Positions 47,034 through 56,764 of a DNA stretch of 64,000 nucleotides are shown here, one piece after another. The position numbers and the translations under genes are program-made. Every line of letters begins with the position of its first letter. Position 1 is the first letter of the stretch. The DNA comes from Candidatus Bathyarchaeota archaeon (lineage in GTDB: Archaea > Thermoproteota > Bathyarchaeia > 40CM-2-53-6), in NCBI GenBank assembly GCA_963733055.1, contig CAVTBR010000001.1, positions 1,088,001-1,152,000 on the forward strand, read 5' to 3'. A model generated the notes under the pieces. It saw only the letters and a program-made list of their open reading frames with translations, was not told where the DNA came from and did no database searches.

Positions 47034-50000
47034 GTGGGCAAGCGGTGCTCGAGGGGAGGTAGGTACTGGCTCAGAGTACCGCTGATATCGTTTCTACTAG
47101 CATCTATCATCCTGAGCACAATCTTGCCCAACACCATTCCATTCGTTCACGCTCAAAGTTCGTCCTCCGTCGGAAGCATAACGCCATCAACAGATGCGCT
47201 TCTCTTCGGTTCGTCGGGCAACGTGAGGATTGATATTCCCAAACCTGGTATCGCGGTTCGCATAGAGGTTCCCAGAGAGTTCCTCCAGGGCGTAGTTTCG
47301 GGAGAGAACGACACACACTTCATCACGAGCAACATCAGAAACGATTACTACTATTACAATGTCGTAGATGAATCACTCCACTGGACCTATAACTGGCAGG
47401 ATAACGCAAGCGACGGCCCCTGCTTCAAACCCAACTTCTCATACTACGACCCCAATGCTCCGTACTGCGTTGAGATCTGGAACTATCTCAATCCCTTACC
47501 CCAACCATTCCTGAAGCCGCAACAGTACAATGTAACACCGGGTGCGGGTCCAGGTCCTAATCCTCCTCACCGGTACACTTTCGACTACAATGACTCGGTG
47601 GGGATAGATTACTGTCAGGCTCCTAACCTCGGGAAATTCGTATTTGGTTGCTTCAGCCCACCCAAGTTTGTATTGTTTCAGAACCTAGTGTCCCCAAAGC
47701 TTGCTGGGCTCTACAACTTTACACTCTTCGTGGCGAACCGCACTAACATACTAGGGTACCCCGACTTCGTACACGCATGGACTACAACTCTATTCGTTCC
47801 CGTGAGCATGGCTTACAACGCCGGCGCGATCTCTGGAAATATCTGCGACGCCGGTAGCAGCCCTTCGTGCAATCCAATTCACGCGAAGGGGATTGTGTAC
47901 GCACAGAGCGTCTCAACGCGGTCGATCGTGGCCAGGGCCTACGTTAATCAGTCGCTGTGTAGTGTCGGGACGTGCGGCGTATTCAAACTGACTGGGTTGG
48001 CACCGGGCAACTACTACGTCGAGGGTTCCGCGGGCGTTGACCTAGATGGGGCAGCCTACTCGCTAACCTATCTTGGCTCCCAGTTGGCTCCAACCGTAGT
48101 CAATGTGTCTCCGAATTTACCAACCGGCATGGGTCACCTACCGCTACTGCGGGCACCTCTCTTTTGTGGGATGATCAACTATGAGCCTAACGGCGGCCTC
48201 ACAACTATTCCTTCCCTAACCGGTGCTACGAACCTTCTGAATGCCGGCTTCGAAAAGTTCATTGAACCACCACCATGGCTCAGTACGAACGCGTTTGAGC
48301 TAAACATCACGGTTGAAGCGACTGACGGTTTAGGCCACGTGTTCAGGTTTCGCGGCGTTGCCAGCGGCACGTCTTCTGACTCGTTCGAAATCATTACCGG
48401 CACTGGTGTTAATTATGTTGGAAGTGACCCGTACGGAACGGAGTTTGCTGGACTTCCGTCCTTTGACGACGTTAGTCCATCGGGTTACAGTTTAGCGGTT
48501 AAGGTCTTCGTTTCGGGTTATGTTCAACATGCGCCTGCGACAGCTACTGTTTTTGGGCCGACTGATTCTGGTCTCCCGCCAAGCTGCTCAAATCAAGTGG
48601 GAGTCAACTTTGGTCCGAGTCCAGTCGAGATGTGGGTGGGCGGTCTCATCAGTGGTACGTTGCAATTCTGCAATACTCAACCTCTCCAACCTTGCCAGCT
48701 TGGAGAGTCGCCGCACGACGCGGAAGCTTCTCTCCCCATCGGCGTAGTCACCGACTCCTTGTTCGGTGGAAACGTCGTTGTCGAAGCGTTTGACAATCTA
48801 GGCATCCTGAGAGGCCTGACCGTCATCAATGGAACTATGCCAAACGGAAAGACGGGCTATAAGTCTTGCAACTTCACTGATACTTGTGCGTCGGTCCCCT
48901 TTTTCATAACCGGTTTCTCGGAATACTTCAACCACAGCCTGTCGGGTACCTGGCGAGAAAAAGACTACGGTTTTCCTGACGGGACGTACTCTCTTCAAAT
49001 GTACGTGAGGGGGTATCAGTTAACGTCTACTAACGTCATCTCAATATTTAACGGAAGCGACCAAACGGCTTCCGTTTATTTGACTCGTGGCGGCGCTTTC
49101 CAAGTTGACGTTTCGTCTGCCGATAACCGTTTCGGCACGAGGGCGATTCAGGCTCGTTTGCAATGGCGTTTTCTGAACTCAACAATACCAGTTCGCGCAC
49201 GGGTCTATTTCTACTCTGCAAGCGGCATCACGGTGGGTTATGTTGAGGCGCTTTTGGAGATAGGGTCGGGCATCACCAATGAGTTAGGTGTTATCTCCTT
49301 TACGACGACCGACTTCAAGGTGATCTTCGCGGGTCAGAATTGGAGCTTACGCGAAATCTGGTTCTACGGCGATATTCCTACCCACGTTACAAATGACACG
49401 TATACGATTAAGGCGTATACGTTGGGGTATGTGCGACAATTCCAGAACGGTATCCTTGTCCAAAACCAACTCGTCGGTTTCAACCAAGGTCTAATCACGT
49501 TGTTCATCGGTAATGAGCTGGACACAACGGTTCCGCTCTTCAGCAGTCCCCAGAGCTTCACCCCAACGCCCGAATACGATCATGTAATCGGGCAGGTATT
49601 CTCGGCAGGGCTGTCGGGGGCTGAGATGGCAAATCTAACTGCGGGAGTGCCAACGCTTCAGTTTAATGTCTTCGGCTTCGGGGGAATGGAGCTTAGCAAT
49701 TCGGGAATCTGTAACACGAACGTGCTGCTTGTAGGAAAAATGAAAATCTGTGGGCAGGGGCATTTCTTCTACGTCGCCCCCGACGGCACTCAGTATTCCG
49801 ATTACGGGTTGGACCTTGGAACCTACACGTCCAAAGTACCAGAGTTCGGCTTCACGGCTCATTTCATGCAACCATCCACTCCCGTCCCAGTGAAATTCGC
49901 GGATCTACTTCTTCAAACCGGGATTGTTGTTAAGGCTTTACGGATGGCGTTGATCATGCAGGGTTCGGGCTCTTTCGTGTTAGGCTACAACGATCACCTC

Positions 50001-50267
50001 CCATGCCCGGTTCAGTTGTGCGTCGTTCCGTTATCCTGGGCTCAGGTTACCGCTGGCAACTATACGTACTCGCGGAGAGTGCCGACGGTTGATGGGACGT
50101 ATGATGGCGTTGACGCACTTTTTCTTCCGGCGGGCATTTACAATATCACCTTTAGTGACCTGCAGTACCAGTCGCAAACCTTGGTCAACTTCCCAGTGGG
50201 GTGGGGTAACCCATACTCGGTCCTTCCACCCCAAGAATACCTCTGCCCTGTTGGCTTTACGTGCTGA
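47034..50267 (+). CDS. Very large secreted Cys-rich beta-sandwich protein (carboxypeptidase-regulatory-like repeats)
   Basis: Signal peptide; G.ISG.I, GLAPGNY, PDGTYSL and LPAGIY motifs; no C-terminal TM. Confidence 0.8.
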   Translation: MGKRCSRGGRYWLRVPLISFLLASIILSTILPNTIPFVHAQSSSSVGSITPSTDALLFGSSGNVRIDIPKPGIAVRIEVPREFLQGVVSGENDTHFITSNIRNDYYYYNVVDESLHWTYNWQDNASDGPCFKPNFSYYDPNAPYCVEIWNYLNPLPQPFLKPQQYNVTPGAGPGPNPPHRYTFDYNDSVGIDYCQAPNLGKFVFGCFSPPKFVLFQNLVSPKLAGLYNFTLFVANRTNILGYPDFVHAWTTTLFVPVSMAYNAGAISGNICDAGSSPSCNPIHAKGIVYAQSVSTRSIVARAYVNQSLCSVGTCGVFKLTGLAPGNYYVEGSAGVDLDGAAYSLTYLGSQLAPTVVNVSPNLPTGMGHLPLLRAPLFCGMINYEPNGGLTTIPSLTGATNLLNAGFEKFIEPPPWLSTNAFELNITVEATDGLGHVFRFRGVASGTSSDSFEIITGTGVNYVGSDPYGTEFAGLPSFDDVSPSGYSLAVKVFVSGYVQHAPATATVFGPTDSGLPPSCSNQVGVNFGPSPVEMWVGGLISGTLQFCNTQPLQPCQLGESPHDAEASLPIGVVTDSLFGGNVVVEAFDNLGILRGLTVINGTMPNGKTGYKSCNFTDTCASVPFFITGFSEYFNHSLSGTWREKDYGFPDGTYSLQMYVRGYQLTSTNVISIFNGSDQTASVYLTRGGAFQVDVSSADNRFGTRAIQARLQWRFLNSTIPVRARVYFYSASGITVGYVEALLEIGSGITNELGVISFTTTDFKVIFAGQNWSLREIWFYGDIPTHVTNDTYTIKAYTLGYVRQFQNGILVQNQLVGFNQGLITLFIGNELDTTVPLFSSPQSFTPTPEYDHVIGQVFSAGLSGAEMANLTAGVPTLQFNVFGFGGMELSNSGICNTNVLLVGKMKICGQGHFFYVAPDGTQYSDYGLDLGTYTSKVPEFGFTAHFMQPSTPVPVKFADLLLQTGIVVKALRMALIMQGSGSFVLGYNDHLPCPVQLCVVPLSWAQVTAGNYTYSRRVPTVDGTYDGVDALFLPAGIYNITFSDLQYQSQTLVNFPVGWGNPYSVLPPQEYLCPVGFTC

Positions 50268-51423
50268 CAGAATCATGTGTCTCGACTATGGTGATTCCTC
50301 GTTCATGTAATGCTTTGAAGAATGGTGGTGGGTCGATGCAGGTTTCGGGTGGGAGAACTCCCCTATGTTTTATTTCTCCGGAGGCGAGCCATTGAGCGGT
50401 TATTGAGGGTGGGGAGCCTGTTCCGACGGTTCCTCCACCAATCTGCCACGTTGTATTGGGGTTGCAGACTGCGTCTATGGTGATGGTTGCAGGTCTTCCG
50501 TTTCTTGTTCCCGATGCCTCGACTCTTTGGATGTCGGTGTCGAGTTCGGAGCGCGGGGGTTTTGGTTGGGAGTCGATGAGTGAGGCTAGGAAGTCGTAAG
50601 GAGAGATTTCTAATCCCCTGACCTTTACGGGTGTCTTGCTAGCTAATCCTAACCTCACGAGCAGGGCTAGGGTTTCGGTGAATTGGGGCGGGTACGTGAC
50701 TATGAAGTCCATGTTCCTGACCCCCTTCCCCAACGTACTGGGCATGGTTGCCAGTTCGGAGTGTAGGGTATAGTAGCCCTCCACTTGGCCGACGGGGTCG
50801 GGCATGGTGAATCGTTGCTTTTGGGTGAGCGGTTCTATTTCACGTATTTTTCCATCCCGCAGGATTATCGGGGGGATCGTGAATTCGTCGAGGATCGTGC
50901 GGATCGAGAAAGACGGTGTGAGGCCGTGGCCCGTTTCTTTGGTCGCGGTTGATGCGCTGCGTAGCTTCATTGTTTCAACGGTATCTAGGAGGCTCGCCGC
51001 GTGGGCGCCTATTACATTCATTATTCCAGGGGAACTTCCCATTCCGAGAACACAGCACACATCAGCGTCCTTAGCCTGCCCGTCCATTTCCAGTTGTTTC
51101 TTGGTCATGTGGTATAGGCCGCCGAGGTCAACGTAGTGAACCCCCGCCTTTATCGCGGACTCCATCACGAGGAGGTTAAGCTTGTACCAGGCCGAATTGA
51201 TGACAACATCCCAATCTCCTAGCGCCTTTGTCAATGAATGAGGGTCTTGGGCATCGACTGTTACTGGGACCGCACGTTCGTCCCCGAGGCTTTTGGCCGC
51301 CGCCTTGGCTTTCTCACCCGCCATATCTGCAACCCCTACGCTATCCACCTTGGGGTTCTCGAGTAGGTCCCTCAATGTAACCTGGGCCATAGCCCCCGCC
51401 CCACCCAACACGAACACTTTCAT
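50257..51423 (-). CDS. Saccharopine dehydrogenase/carboxynorspermidine synthase-family oxidoreductase
   Basis: VLGGAGAM, HYVDLGG, GMGSSPG, HSE, GVLPPE. Confidence 0.88.
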   Translation of the reverse strand: MKVFVLGGAGAMAQVTLRDLLENPKVDSVGVADMAGEKAKAAAKSLGDERAVPVTVDAQDPHSLTKALGDWDVVINSAWYKLNLLVMESAIKAGVHYVDLGGLYHMTKKQLEMDGQAKDADVCCVLGMGSSPGIMNVIGAHAASLLDTVETMKLRSASTATKETGHGLTPSFSIRTILDEFTIPPIILRDGKIREIEPLTQKQRFTMPDPVGQVEGYYTLHSELATMPSTLGKGVRNMDFIVTYPPQFTETLALLVRLGLASKTPVKVRGLEISPYDFLASLIDSQPKPPRSELDTDIQRVEASGTRNGRPATITIDAVCNPNTTWQIGGGTVGTGSPPSITAQWLASGEIKHRGVLPPETCIDPPPFFKALHERGITIVETHDSVST

Positions 51424-51478
51424 TCGAAGCCCTAGTCTCCGCTAGCGTTAACCTGGGTTCGTCCTATTGAAATGAATT

Positions 51479-53104
51479 TTATTCCGGTGGGATCAGTTGG
51501 AATGCTTTCTCGAAGGGGAGGCCGGATTTCCTTCTGTACCAGGCGGCAATGTAGAACCAGGCTACGCAAGCTACGAAGAGGCCGATCAGGGCTGCGAGGA
51601 AGGGGAAGTAGAGGTTGGCCGCAAGGGTGCCTGCTCCGAAGTAGAAGATGTAATCGTAGCTGTAATATCCGATCGTGGCGAGGCTGTAAATTAGGGAAAT
51701 CAGCCCAAGCCAGACAATCACAGGGACCCCGAGTATTTTCCTCCTAATAGGGCATGAGGTTTCGTAGAGCTCTTTCCTTCGGTATGGGAATAATATCGCC
51801 GAGATCGAAAGAAAGACGAACGTCAACCCAATCGCGGCGAGTCCTGCGTATGAGTAGAATAGGAAGGCGGTGGAAGCTGTGGCTGGGCCTACCAATCCGC
51901 TGAGGAAGACTAGGAAGACTTCTCCTCCCGCGGCGGAGATCAGGATTGCGTTGACTGGGCTATGCAATCTGTCATTGACGTCCGCAACGAAAGCTGGTGT
52001 GAGCCTATCAAATGCGTAGGCAAACAGTTGCCTTGACTGCGCGAAAATACTCTGGGGTGCAACCAGCAGGAAGCCCGCGACCACGCCTATGCCGATGAAC
52101 CAGACGAGAATGGGGTTGTTTGTGAGAATGCCCGCGAACAAAGTCAGGTTAGGAATAACCGGTAATGGATTCGATGCGTAGCCGAGGCCGTAGTAACCGG
52201 CGCCCGCAAGAAAATCAGCGCCCAATGTTCTGTACGCAATTCCTAGAACCAGAAGTGTCGGAACGAAGACTACGAGGAAACTTCCAAAGAGTGCGAACCC
52301 TCCATTCTTTCTAATCTGCTTCGTCTCTCCCGCCAAATAGTTAGAGCCGTAAACCCAGAAGAGAACGGTGAACCACAACGGAATCAACACGAAGGTATAG
52401 GGTCCCAGCGGATCGGTTGGAACTGAACCACCCCAGTACGTACGTCCTGCCATCGTGAAATTTTCATATGCGCTCTGCACGCCTTGCTTGGCCGCGTAGC
52501 TATCAAAGGCGTTCGCGAAGGAAGTTGGGTTAGTTGTTAGGAAGAGGATGATGGCAATGGCTACCCCAAGCATCGCCACGATCATTGCAACGTTCTGAAT
52601 CCTGAAGTATAGGCGGGTGCTGAAAATTACGATCAGGGTGAATGCAACGATTGCAACGGTGCCAACGAGGAAGGTGGTGAGGGGGTTGAAGGCGCTGGCG
52701 GCGTTGGTCGCCCACTGCTGGCCGGTAAGCGAGCCGTAAACGCTCAGGGTCTGGGCCAAGCCTTGGCTTGAGAATAAAGCGGCGGCATCTCCGATCCAAA
52801 ACCAATTGAAGAAAGCGTAGCCCGCAAAGTTCGCCGCTAACCCGATGGACGGGTTGATTACCCTACTCATGAACACGTAATCGCCCCCGGTCCTCGGCAT
52901 GCTGCTCTGGAAGATGTGGTAGACTCCGAGAAGCGCCAAAACCCCGGGAGCAGTAATTATCAGGCTTGTAATTGGATCGCCGCCGTACAACGGCGCGTAT
53001 TCCAATGCGTAAATGATGGACCACGCGGCTCCGAAGGAGACAACGTTAAACCACATCATATCGAAGCCCGAAAACGACCTGACGAGGCCGGTCGCTTCCC
53101 TCAC
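51479..53104 (-). CDS. APC-family amino acid/polyamine permease (true start probably GTG 53142, across an indel)
   Basis: FVREATGLVR, MPRTGGDYVF.SR, R.LFAYAFDR..P; about 12 TMs. Confidence 0.92.
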   Translation of the reverse strand: MREATGLVRSFSGFDMMWFNVVSFGAAWSIIYALEYAPLYGGDPITSLIITAPGVLALLGVYHIFQSSMPRTGGDYVFMSRVINPSIGLAANFAGYAFFNWFWIGDAAALFSSQGLAQTLSVYGSLTGQQWATNAASAFNPLTTFLVGTVAIVAFTLIVIFSTRLYFRIQNVAMIVAMLGVAIAIILFLTTNPTSFANAFDSYAAKQGVQSAYENFTMAGRTYWGGSVPTDPLGPYTFVLIPLWFTVLFWVYGSNYLAGETKQIRKNGGFALFGSFLVVFVPTLLVLGIAYRTLGADFLAGAGYYGLGYASNPLPVIPNLTLFAGILTNNPILVWFIGIGVVAGFLLVAPQSIFAQSRQLFAYAFDRLTPAFVADVNDRLHSPVNAILISAAGGEVFLVFLSGLVGPATASTAFLFYSYAGLAAIGLTFVFLSISAILFPYRRKELYETSCPIRRKILGVPVIVWLGLISLIYSLATIGYYSYDYIFYFGAGTLAANLYFPFLAALIGLFVACVAWFYIAAWYRRKSGLPFEKAFQLIPPE

Positions 53105-53386
53105 GAAGACCGGATACTTTTGACCCGTAGAGTTTCCCCCACAAAAATCCTGGTCAAGAGGTCTTAAGCCTTGCGAAACTCTAACCGGATACGGTAGATA
53201 GCCCCGGAAAGATTCAGGAAGCGATCCGAAACAAATTTGCTTGGGTATTGCTGAAGAGTGGTCTTGTTAGAGGGCCCAGCTCTCGTTTCCGGTCTCTTTC
53301 ATGCAGGAAGCATTTTCGGGCGCCCTGTTTGGAGCAGAGATGCCGAACTTAACAGCGGGGATACCGACTCTGCATCCCAACATGAC

Positions 53387-53866
53387 TCATTGACGCCGAC
53401 GAACGCTGACTTCGAAAGCATGGTCGCGGTCTAAGATGGGTTGATCTCTACCGCAAGTTTTCGTGTTGGATCTCTCCGCTTGTTCTAAGATGTTTTCAAT
53501 GAGTTGAAGGTGTTCCTTGAGTCCGGTGTTGGGGGCGTCAACGAATTTTAAGCCCGATTTGGCGTAGATCTTTCGTGCGATGAGTCTTTCAAGGGTCGCG
53601 CCGCCTCTTCCAAAAGTTCCCTCTAGGAGTTTAGAGAATTCGTCGAGGTGTGTCGGTATCTCTTCCCTAGCGAGTGAACTTTGGCGGGCCAGATGGTCGT
53701 ATATGGCTTCTCGGACTCTACAGCCGAGCACCTCAGTTAAGACGGCGTCAATGCTTTCGAGCAGGTGTTGGTGAGGCTGCCTGGGGGCATACGGTCCTTG
53801 AATTGGCCCCCCAAGGATGGGTTTCTGGTCGGTTGGGGTGTACCTCAGGCGGGGGTCAACTGACAT
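53387..53866 (-). CDS. DUF3227/NitrOD5-like protein
   Basis: ESIDAVL..LG..EAIY..L..EEIP..F..LE..FG.G..LE..IA. Confidence 0.75.
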   Translation of the reverse strand: MSVDPRLRYTPTDQKPILGGPIQGPYAPRQPHQHLLESIDAVLTEVLGCRVREAIYDHLARQSSLAREEIPTHLDEFSKLLEGTFGRGGATLERLIARKIYAKSGLKFVDAPNTGLKEHLQLIENILEQAERSNTKTCGRDQPILDRDHAFEVSVRRRQ

Positions 53867-53963
53867 ATCGAGTCTCGATACATAGGTGTACCATGTAAGG
53901 TATATTAGTGTTTCACACAGTTGAGCTTACGCTCAACAGCTGCACAACCACTCAAGAAAGTAC

Positions 53964-54317
53964 TCAGTCAGCCAGCGGCTCGACATCATCCAACCGTCTG
54001 GATGTCATTTCAACATAATCAACGAGGGCGAAATGTGGCGATTCGACCGGTTCTATTCCCAGATGGGTGCAAAGTCGTTTCGCGATCTCCCTTCCTATAA
54101 CTCCAGCACCTCTCCCGAATTTGTCCTCCAGAAAGGAATCGAATACGGGCAGGTTCTCGGCAAGCCGATACCGCGGCACTCCATGTTTTTCTAGGTACCC
54201 ATAGATTACCTGTGTAGCGTGTTCTCCTAGAAGATCTCTCATGGTTTCATCGATCGACTCTGATAGGAGAGTTGAAAGGCCGTCATCAGCTTCACTCAAT
54301 TCCGACGGTGAGTCCAT
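53964..54317 (-). CDS. DUF3227/NitrOD5-like protein
   Basis: ESIDETM..LLG..IY.YLE..F..FLE..FG.GA.VI.REIA. Confidence 0.75.
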   Translation of the reverse strand: MDSPSELSEADDGLSTLLSESIDETMRDLLGEHATQVIYGYLEKHGVPRYRLAENLPVFDSFLEDKFGRGAGVIGREIAKRLCTHLGIEPVESPHFALVDYVEMTSRRLDDVEPLAD

Positions 54318-54563
54318 TCGTCTTCAGTCACAAAGGCGCTTTCTTTCGTCATCAACCTAGGTGGAGAGGGTGGAATCAAGAGGGCGAGAGTGGAATTAGT
54401 CGTCGAAAGTTGGTGTGCGCTCACACAACTGGTCAAACGGATTGGGCAGCATCCGGAGTTCTCTACAACCAATTGCTCATAATAAGTTGCAGTAACCCGC
54501 TCTCTGCTACGTACAGAACAGCTACGTTATGCCGTTGCGAACCATACTCTCCATTATGGTCGC

Positions 54564-56711
54564 TTGACAGGGGTGGGCCGATTGCTTCCAGTGCCCTCCA
54601 GTAATCAGCGAAGGTTCCTACGCGTGATCATGACCGCTGTATTTCTCTCGGCACTAATTTCACAGAATGCGACGATGGCCAAAGCGAATGGTGGCGGGTT
54701 GACTCAAAATCCATCGAGCTCGTCAACGCTTCGGTTGAATCGTTCCATGCAGGAGTATAATGAAATCTTGACAATCACATTCTATGATTGGACTGATCCT
54801 TGCAATCTGAAGTTTGGTGTTGCGAACCAGGGGCTTAGTTCTGTGATCATCACGAGCGTTAGCGTTAGTGATTTGATACATGAAGGATCCGGATTAGGTC
54901 TTAATTCTACAATAAGCCCTGGCGCAGAGCGCGACTATGCGATCGGTACGTGTGGTTCTTCCGCCTTCCACCCTGGTGTACAATACACGCTGCAAGTAAT
55001 TACAGCAGCAGGCAGCCACCTCACATTCCCAGTCTTTATCCAACATCCCGCCGTCACTCTTACATGCGATTGGAATATTCCCCCGCTCTTGTCTTGTCCG
55101 ACAAAGAGCATCAGCCAGAGTGGTGCGGCACAGTACACCATAGGGATTTCTGGAGCACCAAACACCGAGTATGAATTGAGTTTGGAAAGCCTTCAAACTT
55201 TGGGCAACTCGTTTACGCCCAACCCCGTGGTGACGGATAATGCCGGATCTGCTAGGGTGACTTTAAACATAGATCTAAGCGCAAACCCCGCCTACCAGTC
55301 CTACGCCTCGCCCTCTTGTCCCGGTGTCTACTCGTTCACTATAGTGGCTACAAGTCGATTAGGTTCCGGTGCAATAAGTGGTGTTCTTACTGTTATTCAG
55401 GTGGACGCCCCGCCTCAAGCCAGCATCACCACCAACAAACCCGAATACACGGCAGGGGACACGGTGGTCATACAGATTTGGCTAGCCCAATCAGCGCAAG
55501 GATTTCTAACGATTACTCCACCAGCAGGGCAGCCCGTAACATACACACTATTCGCTATGGCAGGGACTCAAGTTATTCTCGAAAAATCTATCACGGCTTC
55601 AAAACCGTACGGTGTCTGGACGGCGAGCATTCAGCTGAATGACTACTGCGCTCAGAGCGACGCCGCAGTAACTACGTTCACGGTGAAAGAGAAGACCTAC
55701 GATGTCCGAGTGGTTCTTTCTGGATTGTCTCCATCTGCCAGTACTAGGCTTCAGGTTGACGGAATAGACTCGATGGTCATCACTGGGGCGCAAACTGTCA
55801 ATGTGCCCCTCCCAGCCGATACGCCACACACAATCTCAGTCGACACATACTCCTCAAACGAAGCCGGTATGCGATATTATTGCCCTCATAATACGTGGCC
55901 AGTGAATTACGAGAGCAGACACACATTCAACTACCAACCCCAATACGAGTTATCGGTGACCACAGATCCGGCAAACATAACCACTGCAACAAGCGACGGT
56001 TGGTTCGACGCAAATGCCTCCGCGCAGACATTTCAAGCCAATGAAACCCTCCAGCGTCCCGGCGCGCAATACACGTTTGAAGGATGGGCAGTCGACGGTG
56101 CGTTGCAGACGGAAAACCAAGTTTCCCTCGTCATGGACAAGCCACACACGGCCGTCGCGAAGTACGACGCTCGGTACGAACTGACGGTTGACTCTCCGAA
56201 CGGGCTTGGGAATCCTCAGGGCTCGAGATATTACGAGGCTGGGTCAACAGCCAACTTCTCAGTTGAGACGCCGATCGGTTTTCTGATTGAACAAGTCTTC
56301 GTCCGATGGAATGGCGATTACAATGGCACCTCAAGCGAGGCTTCAATTGTAATGAGCAAGCCCATGGTGGTTCATGCGACTTGGACCACAAGCTACCTGC
56401 AGTTATACATCATGGCAGGATTAGCTGCCGTTGCGATAGCCACCGTAGTTCTCGTAGTCAGACATAAACACGGAAATCCACCACCAAAATACGAAAAGAC
56501 CAACGAAAATCTGGAGGCTAAGGCTGCATTCAATCATCCAAAAGTTGAGAGGACCGGGCTTGGTATGGAAAGCCATGCACCTACCACCCAACTTCCGGGT
56601 ACATCAACCATGCATCCCACGTCCGGAAGGCAATGTCGTTACTGCGGCGCGGAAGTGCGCCCAGACAAGGCAATTTGCGACAAATGCGGCATGCCCGCGG
56701 GTTACCTATAG
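54564..56711 (+). CDS. Surface protein: pilin-like head + Ig-like domains + TM + C-terminal zinc ribbon
   Basis: FYDW..VANQG..GVQYTLQVIT..GS; F.GW.VDG and F.RW.GD repeats; CRYCG..CDKCGMPAGYL. Confidence 0.8.
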   Translation: MTGVGRLLPVPSSNQRRFLRVIMTAVFLSALISQNATMAKANGGGLTQNPSSSSTLRLNRSMQEYNEILTITFYDWTDPCNLKFGVANQGLSSVIITSVSVSDLIHEGSGLGLNSTISPGAERDYAIGTCGSSAFHPGVQYTLQVITAAGSHLTFPVFIQHPAVTLTCDWNIPPLLSCPTKSISQSGAAQYTIGISGAPNTEYELSLESLQTLGNSFTPNPVVTDNAGSARVTLNIDLSANPAYQSYASPSCPGVYSFTIVATSRLGSGAISGVLTVIQVDAPPQASITTNKPEYTAGDTVVIQIWLAQSAQGFLTITPPAGQPVTYTLFAMAGTQVILEKSITASKPYGVWTASIQLNDYCAQSDAAVTTFTVKEKTYDVRVVLSGLSPSASTRLQVDGIDSMVITGAQTVNVPLPADTPHTISVDTYSSNEAGMRYYCPHNTWPVNYESRHTFNYQPQYELSVTTDPANITTATSDGWFDANASAQTFQANETLQRPGAQYTFEGWAVDGALQTENQVSLVMDKPHTAVAKYDARYELTVDSPNGLGNPQGSRYYEAGSTANFSVETPIGFLIEQVFVRWNGDYNGTSSEASIVMSKPMVVHATWTTSYLQLYIMAGLAAVAIATVVLVVRHKHGNPPPKYEKTNENLEAKAAFNHPKVERTGLGMESHAPTTQLPGTSTMHPTSGRQCRYCGAEVRPDKAICDKCGMPAGYL

Positions 56712-56764
56712 GCGCGCGAAGGTTAGGTCTCGAACTCAGCAAGAGAGTGGGTTATGCGATTATC

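Noticed and set aside
56633-56764. Overlap between the two Zn-ribbon-tail genes
   Set aside because: The signal peptide begins at TTG 56765; the upstream extension is the out-of-frame tail of the previous gene
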